Assembly (NCBI GenBank): GCA_017614315.1
Contig: JAGACA010000018.1
Span: 11,944-75,943, forward strand
Length of the DNA stretch: 64,000 nt
Direction of reading: 5' to 3'
Source: Clostridia bacterium
Lineage (GTDB): Bacteria; Bacillota; Clostridia; Christensenellales; CAG-138
Shown here: piece after piece, positions 58,346-64,000 of the stretch
How positions within the stretch are numbered: the stretch's first letter is position 1
How the letters are laid out: every line of letters starts with the position of its first letter
Program-made: the position numbers and the translations under genes
The notes under the pieces: generated by a model
Seen by the model: only the letters and a program-made list of their open reading frames with translations
What the model was told of the DNA's origin: nothing
Database searches by the model: none

Positions 58346-59532
58346 GAACGCCCAACGCATTGCGAACGCTGACGTCAGTCGGAGCTTCGATGCTTACGCC
58401 CTTCAGGGCCGAGACCATGAGCCACAGCACGGGCGTCTATTTCGGACGCAACAAGGTCACAAAAGGCCTCATTTTCATCGACAGAACGTTGCTGATGAAC
58501 GGCAACGGCTTCTATCTCGGAACTTCCGGTTCGGGCAAGTCGTTCTTTGCAAAGGATGAGATAGCTTCGCTGATACTCAGGAACATGGCGGACGTGCTTA
58601 TTCTGGATCCCGAGCGTGAATACGTATCTCTCATACGCAGACTTGGCGGTACTGTGGTCAGTCTCTCCGCAGGATCCGACAACCATATCAATGCGCTGCA
58701 TCTGTCGCCAGGAGATACCGAGAACGAAAAGCCTTTGGATATGAAATCGCAGTTCGTTCAGACGCTCGTTGAGCAGATAATGGGCAGCGCGATAACGACC
58801 GCTCAGGAGAAATCCGTGATAGACCGCTGCCTTAACAACGTGTTCAGGAACTTCTTTGCGAATGGATGGAAAGGCCCGATGCCGACTCTCATGGATTTCT
58901 ACAAGGAGCTCCTGTGGCAGAAGGAGCCGGAGGCAAAGAACATTGCTCTTGCGATAGAGCTATTCACAAAAGGCTCGCTCAACACCTTCGCACAGCAGAC
59001 CAACGTAGATTTGAACAACTCCGCGATATGCTTCGATATCCGGGATATGGGCGAGCACTTAAAGCCCGTAGCCATGCTCGTGATACTTGATACGATCTAC
59101 AACCGAATCCTTTACAACAAGGCAAGAGGCAGAGCGACCTACGTGTTCATAGACGAGATATACCTGTTCTTCTCGAACGAATTCAGCACGAATTTCCTGT
59201 TCGAGCAATGGAAGCGAGCGAGGAAGTACGGGGCCTACTATACGGGCATCTCGCAGAACGTAGAAGACCTGCTGCAGTCCCAGCGTGGAAGGGCCATGCT
59301 CGCCAATTCGGAATTCGTCACGCTGCTCAATCAGGCAGCGACTGATCGACTCGAGCTCTCGCAGGTGCTAGGGATCTCCGATACTCAGCTCTCATATGTG
59401 ACGAATGCGGAGATCGGAACGGGGCTTCTCGTCTGCGGAGGATCCATAGTTCCCTTCGAGAACAAATTTCCGGAGAGTACCTCGCTCTACAAGTTAATGA
59501 CGACAAAGCCCGCCGAGTCAATTGCAGGCTGA
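58336..59532 (+). pseudogene. VirB4-like conjugal transfer ATPase, C-terminal half only (5' truncated)
   Basis: Walker A GTSGSGKSF lies about 57 aa from the ORF start, and Walker B is YVFIDEIY. The N-terminal ~400 aa typical of the family are absent. The frame opens at 58336, directly after the DUF3846 fragment. Confidence 0.7.
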
Positions 59533-59546
59533 TCGGAGGAACAGCT

Positions 59547-61340
59547 ATGGAACGAAAGAAAAAGCCATCTCCCGGAAGGGCGCTTGCAAAGCTCGGCTAT
59601 ATCCGAAGGAAGGGTGAAGCCGCGGTAGAGAGGGTGCGGGACAATGTAAGCCTCGATACCGACAGATATAATACTCCCGAGGAATATGCTGAGAACGAGC
59701 TCTTCGAGATCGCAAACGACAGCATTGAAGCGGGAAAAGATACAGGCCGCAAAGCCAAGGAACGCATCAAGCGCCGCATTCGCAAAAAGCTTGAAAACCG
59801 TGAAAAGAAGGATGCGAAGCGAGAGAAGCGCCTCGAGAAAAGCAGGAGCAGTAAAACATCTGCACAGCCTGCCGAAAAGCCGACTTCAGAGTACAGATCC
59901 CCATTCCCGAGCAATGGATCGCAGGAAGTCAGCGTTCGGTCTTCTGCAAGCGAACCCAAAGCCGGCGCATCATCAAAGCAGTCCGCATATTCCTTGAGGG
60001 CGCGTCATCCGCATGCCGCGAAGGGTACGGCTCAGTCTGCTGAAAAAAGCACTCAAGCTTCTGCCAATGCCTGGGCAAAGACCGCTCAACAGACAGCAAA
60101 GCTTGCTGAAAAGAGCGCGGAAGCAGCCAAGGTCACAGCGGAAAAGTCTGCACAGGCGGCAAAGGTCGCGGCAGAGAGATCCGCACAGGTCGCCAAGGCA
60201 GCGGCACAAGCGGCGGCAAAGGCAGCGGAAGCACTGGCAAAGTATATTGCGGAAGCGGCAAAAGCGGCTGCAGAAGCCGTTAAAGAGCTTATTGCGGCGA
60301 TCGCCGCAGGTGGCTGGGTTTCGGTTGTCGTAATAGCGGTAATTGCCGTCGTCGCTCTCCTCGTCTGCTCTGCCTTTGGCGTATTCGCAACTGAAGACCT
60401 GACCGGCTGCAAGCCCATGAGCGAGATCGTGGCGGAGATCAGTTCTGAATACCATGAACGCATGAAAGCCGATGCCCTTGCCGTTGACATGGGCAGCTAC
60501 GACGCGCTTGCCATAAGCTACATGGGCGACGGGGATGGCGACGCGCCTGTGAATAACTGGAATGACGTTATCGCTGTATTCGCCGTTTATTGCAGCACGA
60601 ACCCCGACGATGCTATGAACGTTATCGAGCTCACCGATATTTCCATCGACTATATTCGCCGGATCTTCTATGAGATGAATTGGTACGATCTCTCAACTCA
60701 CGGAAGGTATGATGAGGGAGAAGAAATGTGGGTGCTGACCGTGTACGTCAATCAGCATTCCTTGAATTATAGGGAAGCGGCGGATCACTTTGAGTTCACC
60801 GATTATCAGCGTGAGATCCTGTATGAAATGATGAAGCCCGAATACTGCTCGTACTACGCAAGGCTCATGGGCATAAGCGTAAGCGGGGACGCCAATGTCA
60901 ATGATATTCTCGCCCTCCTTCCCGGGGGAAAAGGCGGTGACGTTGCAAGGGCGGCAATATCAAAGCTCGGTGCGCCGTATGTGCTCGGGGCAAAGGGCGA
61001 CGATAAGTTCGACTGCTCAGGTCTCGTCTGTTGGGCGATCAATCAGGTCGATCCTGACCTCGGCGCTCACTTCTGGGCTCGAGCTGCGGATCAGGCGTTT
61101 TACTGCCATATAAACGATATGGAGATCGAGCAAAGCGAGCTCCAGCCCGGCGATCTCGTATTCTGGCAGAATCGCCAATGCTCCGGATGCGGCAGGTGGA
61201 ACGAAGTCCACCATACCGGCATCTACATCGGTCTCGGCATGGTCATTGAGGCTTCCAGCTCCAAGGGCCGCGTCGTCATCCGTGATCTGTGGTCTACTTA
61301 CAATTACCCGATCTACATGTTCGCAAGACCATACTCTTAA
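59547..61340 (+). CDS. Conjugation-associated cell-wall hydrolase: Lys/Ala-rich coiled-coil, TM helix, C-terminal NlpC/P60 domain
   Basis: C-terminal ...GDDKFDCSGLVCWA... (Cys) and ...HHTGIYIG... (His). The middle carries AKxAAExSAQ repeats followed by a TM segment. Confidence 0.85.
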   Translation: MERKKKPSPGRALAKLGYIRRKGEAAVERVRDNVSLDTDRYNTPEEYAENELFEIANDSIEAGKDTGRKAKERIKRRIRKKLENREKKDAKREKRLEKSRSSKTSAQPAEKPTSEYRSPFPSNGSQEVSVRSSASEPKAGASSKQSAYSLRARHPHAAKGTAQSAEKSTQASANAWAKTAQQTAKLAEKSAEAAKVTAEKSAQAAKVAAERSAQVAKAAAQAAAKAAEALAKYIAEAAKAAAEAVKELIAAIAAGGWVSVVVIAVIAVVALLVCSAFGVFATEDLTGCKPMSEIVAEISSEYHERMKADALAVDMGSYDALAISYMGDGDGDAPVNNWNDVIAVFAVYCSTNPDDAMNVIELTDISIDYIRRIFYEMNWYDLSTHGRYDEGEEMWVLTVYVNQHSLNYREAADHFEFTDYQREILYEMMKPEYCSYYARLMGISVSGDANVNDILALLPGGKGGDVARAAISKLGAPYVLGAKGDDKFDCSGLVCWAINQVDPDLGAHFWARAADQAFYCHINDMEIEQSELQPGDLVFWQNRQCSGCGRWNEVHHTGIYIGLGMVIEASSSKGRVVIRDLWSTYNYPIYMFARPYS

Positions 61341-61396
61341 AACCATGCGCCCATCGGTAACCCGGTGGGCGCAAATACATTTTTGAAAGGATACAT

Positions 61397-62155
61397 ATGA
61401 AAAACAAGAAATTCATCGTGCTTTTGATAGCACTCATAGCGCTCATCGCGCTCATCTTCATCGTTGCTTTCCTCGCAGGAAGAGATAACAAACCCGTCGA
61501 TCACTCGGTTCCCGCTCCTATGGAGACCATCATAACAGAAGTACCGACTGAAACGACCACAACTACTGAGCCGACCGTTGCCGGAAACCCCGATATGACG
61601 CCCTGTATGACGTTCGACCCATGGGAAACAGGTTCACCTGATCCTACACCTTCAGTTCCCGGTCCGGTTGTTACAAATCCACCTGTGGTCAGAACTACGC
61701 CGAAGCCGACCACCGTTCCGCACACCTCTCCGGTTTACGGTCAGGCATTCACTCTCACGATACTTGGCACAAAGATTCCTGTTTCAATAGGCGTTGATAA
61801 TGCAACGCTTGATAAGACTCCGGGATGGCTCGAAACATCAGCCTATCCCGGGGAAGAAGGTGTGTGCGTCATCTACGGTCATAGGAACCGTAACCACCTT
61901 CAGGTGCTGAAGGATATCGACTTTGGTGATACGATCACAGTCACGCTTGCAGATGGCATAGTGCTCAACTATACTGTGGAATCGATACGTATACTTGAAC
62001 CCGATGAGGAGCTGCGAGTACCCTTTATCTCAGGTCAACACTTAATGCTGACTACGTGTTATCCGTTTTACTATACGGGGCATGCGCCAAAAAAATATGT
62101 TCTGATTGCCGGTATTTCTCATAATATTGTATCAAGTCAATACGATACACCATAA
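61397..62155 (+). CDS. Sortase family transpeptidase (TM anchor, Pro/Thr-rich linker)
   Basis: Catalytic His context VIYGHRN and catalytic Cys context LMLTTCYP. Confidence 0.8.
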   Translation: MKNKKFIVLLIALIALIALIFIVAFLAGRDNKPVDHSVPAPMETIITEVPTETTTTTEPTVAGNPDMTPCMTFDPWETGSPDPTPSVPGPVVTNPPVVRTTPKPTTVPHTSPVYGQAFTLTILGTKIPVSIGVDNATLDKTPGWLETSAYPGEEGVCVIYGHRNRNHLQVLKDIDFGDTITVTLADGIVLNYTVESIRILEPDEELRVPFISGQHLMLTTCYPFYYTGHAPKKYVLIAGISHNIVSSQYDTP

Positions 62156-62472
62156 TACTGCCAGGCGAAAAGCTCTTTAACTGGATACAATTGCCTAAAT
62201 AGCTTTCGAAATTAGGAAATGAGTTCCATATTGATTCACTCTAAGACATAGTCTATAGAGTCTAGAACTATGTGGAACTCGTGTCTATCAAAAAAACAGA
62301 TTGGTATTATCATAAACATAATAGGGCAGATGTTCGCCAATGCAACATTCTCACGCAGTGTCTAAGCAATGATGTTGGTTTCGAAGTTGAGTCAATTAGT
62401 TCTAATATTCATTTTCCTAGCTTCCATAATAATCATGAGCGCTTTTATGAAAAAGCAATTATTATGATACTA

Positions 62473-63066
62473 TTATTGATTGTTGGCTATTATTTTAATT
62501 ATCTCTACGCGTTCATTAATGGTTTTTTCAAAGGTTTCACAATTATATGATTGGATAATCATGGAAAAATCGTTTGTTGAATAAATCTCTAACAGTTTTT
62601 TTGATGCAGAAACAACCTCGTTTTTATATACAGCATTAATAGAATGAGTAACAGACTCTAACGTATTTACATTTTTTAATTCTCCGTTTTCCCAAAAATG
62701 ATCCGATATAAACCATATTGCGTTTTTCCAAACTCGGAATCGAAATAGCAATTCAAAATCATCGGGCTGTAAATTATTACAAGATAGGTTCCTGATCTCA
62801 GGAATAATGATATTATAAAAAACTGTAACAGCATTTATTTCTTTTATTTTGTCAGTATCAATCGATCGTCTTAAAATAATGGCTGTAATAATTCTATGTC
62901 TGAAAAAAAGAATATAAACAATTATGGTAATCCCTACAACAAAGTATGCGATTACTTTATAAGTCATATTGCTGTCAAAGACAATAGGAATATAAGCCAA
63001 GATTATTGTTTGTATTATTGCAACAAGAGAATCAGTAGCTTTTGAGACAGATGATTTGTTCTTCAC
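62473..63066 (-). CDS. Hypothetical 2-TM membrane protein (AT-rich cassette, gene 2)
   Basis: The GTG start lies 5 nt after GGAGGT. There are two N-terminal TM helices (LVAIIQTIILAYIPIVF and VIAYFVVGITIIVYILFF) and then a ~130-aa soluble domain with no motif I recognise. Confidence 0.6.
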   Translation of the reverse strand: MKNKSSVSKATDSLVAIIQTIILAYIPIVFDSNMTYKVIAYFVVGITIIVYILFFRHRIITAIILRRSIDTDKIKEINAVTVFYNIIIPEIRNLSCNNLQPDDFELLFRFRVWKNAIWFISDHFWENGELKNVNTLESVTHSINAVYKNEVVSASKKLLEIYSTNDFSMIIQSYNCETFEKTINERVEIIKIIANNQ

Positions 63067-63076
63067 TTTTTACCTC

Positions 63077-63613
63077 CTACCAAATATTATTATAGATTTT
63101 TAACTTGTTCTCGCCACAAGCATTATCTAATGCAATAATTTCATCATAAATTGTACGAAAATAGTTTAGATGAATACCATCAATAGTATTATTGTTGCCA
63201 TTTTCATTTTGATTATTATAGACTACTATATATATGATTTGCTCTCTGAGATAGTTTAGTATGTATTCTGAATAACTGATATCATTTATTCTGGGAGCAA
63301 TATCCGCCTTTTGCTCATAACCAATCATAAGCTCGTAAAGTGTTTGCAAATAGATACAAATGTTAATAGGAAACTTACCATGTCTGTATTTTCGCAGACA
63401 ATTATACTGCCTTCTTGATATACAGTTTGAGCTTTCATCATACCTATTAGCTGTTTCAACAAACTTTGGTTTTAAAAAACTATTAAACATTTTTTTGTAT
63501 TGAATATTCCCCTCGGATAGATATCCTTCTATGGAAGCAATATATCTTAATACAGAGATCATGTTTTTATTTTCAGCATTACAAATTTGTTTTATTCTTT
63601 CATATTTAGGCAT
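63077..63613 (-). CDS. Hypothetical soluble protein (AT-rich cassette, gene 1), possibly containing a degenerate XRE-like HTH
   Basis: AAGGAGGA lies 9 nt upstream of the ATG. The segment ISRRQYNCLRKYRHGKFPINICIYLQTLYELM loosely follows the XRE HTH spacing. The stop codon is 7 nt (63070-63076) before the gene 2 start codon. Confidence 0.6.
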   Translation of the reverse strand: MPKYERIKQICNAENKNMISVLRYIASIEGYLSEGNIQYKKMFNSFLKPKFVETANRYDESSNCISRRQYNCLRKYRHGKFPINICIYLQTLYELMIGYEQKADIAPRINDISYSEYILNYLREQIIYIVVYNNQNENGNNNTIDGIHLNYFRTIYDEIIALDNACGENKLKIYNNIW

Positions 63614-63673
63614 ATTAAGAGTATCCTCCTTATTCTTTACACATTCCTCTAAATTGTTTTTTATTCGCGGTAA

Positions 63674-63889
63674 TCAGTTTTGTCGATCATCGCCATAGTA
63701 AGCTTGTCTATAAAGCGATAATCCATCTGCGTTTTCGCTTCCCGTGATCATGTACATGAGCGCGGAGCCGTTGTAGAAGTATTCCGTTACTGTGCTCCCT
63801 ACGGTCTTGCTCAGTCTTAACCCGTCCTCGTTGTAGGCGGAGGCAATGCTTATAACGTTGCCGTTGGCATCGTAAACGTTGGTCGGATG
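63674..63889 (-). pseudogene. Orphan RHS/YD-repeat protein fragment (no start codon, bounded by stops)
   Basis: The minus frame reads HPTNVYDANGNVISIASAYNEDGLRLSKTVGSTVTEYFYNGSALMYMITGSENADGLSLY..., which is YD-repeat periodicity. There is an in-frame TAG immediately upstream. Confidence 0.65.
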
Positions 63890-63931
63890 CTAATTTGGGG
63901 TGCACAAAGCTAAATGATAAAAAACGTAAAA

Positions 63932-64000
63932 TCACTTTTGAGCTTCAGATTCAGGTCCAATTAACCACCATTCTTTATCCAACTGATTAATAGTATCGTT
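63932..64000 (-). CDS. 3' end of an unidentified AT-rich gene (continues beyond the window)
   Basis: The minus frame reads ...NDTINQLDKEWWLIGPESEAQK then a stop at 63932-63934. Confidence 0.35.
   Translation of the reverse strand, partial: NDTINQLDKEWWLIGPESEAQK

Larger units (their letters stand above)
50971..64000. mobile_element. Lower-GC genomic island next to tRNA-Arg: a decayed conjugative-element (ICE-like) segment plus AT-rich cargo. The right end lies outside the window.
   Basis: Base composition drops after the tRNA terminator. The gene set is ParA, ParB, thioester adhesin, DUF3846 fragment, VirB4 fragment, NlpC/P60 and sortase. No integrase, relaxase or coupling protein is seen. 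Confidence 0.7.

Noticed and set aside
62156-62472. Noncoding AT-rich stretch with the small palindrome acatagt…actatgt (about 62246-62274)
   Set aside because: It is a short imperfect inverted repeat with no matching partner at the other side of the cassette, so I could not support an IS or MITE boundary.
62272-62550. 92-aa + strand ORF in the AT-rich block
   Set aside because: It has a GTG start without an RBS and overlaps the 3' end of the convergent, better-supported 197-aa gene by ~78 nt. Long spurious ORFs are less expected in AT-rich DNA, so it is not impossible, but the support is weak.
63708-63935. 75-aa minus ORF from the track
   Set aside because: It is in a different frame from the YD-repeat reading. 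That alternative frame gives a far more convincing RHS-like translation.

Overview
This window comes from a high-GC, spore-forming Firmicute. The phylogenetic placement (Clostridia, possibly Oscillospiraceae-like) is inferred from gene content and is not proven.

**Region 1-50.9 kb (core chromosome):**
- The 5' portion of typA (its 3' end runs off the window), a Na+/Ca2+ antiporter, tcdA, a SpoIID-family protein, yunB and feoAB.
- The yybS-rplI-dnaB block.
- An FMN-riboswitch-controlled ribU, and CotF-like coat proteins.
- A complete, uninterrupted S10-spc-alpha ribosomal protein supercluster on the minus strand, running rpsJ to rplQ (16.7-32.8 kb).
- queT with a preQ1-type leader, then a lipid kinase, hpt and tilS.
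- A guaA gene that encodes only the ATP-pyrophosphatase domain.
- A fatty-acid-kinase/plsX cluster, a TetR regulator and an L,D-transpeptidase.

**Region from about 50.97 kb to the window end (lower-GC island):**
- The island begins after a tRNA-Arg(ACG) gene.
- It looks like a decayed Gram-positive conjugative element. It carries ParA/ParB, a thioester/Cna-B adhesin, a truncated DUF3846 gene butted against the C-terminal half of a VirB4 ATPase, an NlpC/P60 hydrolase and a sortase.
- No integrase, relaxase or coupling protein is visible in the window.
- The island ends in a strongly AT-rich cargo block (62.2-64 kb). This block holds a tightly coupled two-gene cassette of unknown function and an orphan RHS/YD-repeat fragment.

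**Best candidates for something undescribed:**
- The AT-rich two-gene cassette.
- A roughly 550-nt promoter-driven, stem-loop-rich noncoding region upstream of rpsJ.
- A structured 246-nt spacer inside the alpha operon, between rpmJ and rpsM.
- A dispersed palindromic repeat family built from AACTCCT-like units.
- A roughly 85-bp direct repeat that flanks the split guaA gene.

All functional calls rest on by-eye motif recognition. No database search was possible.
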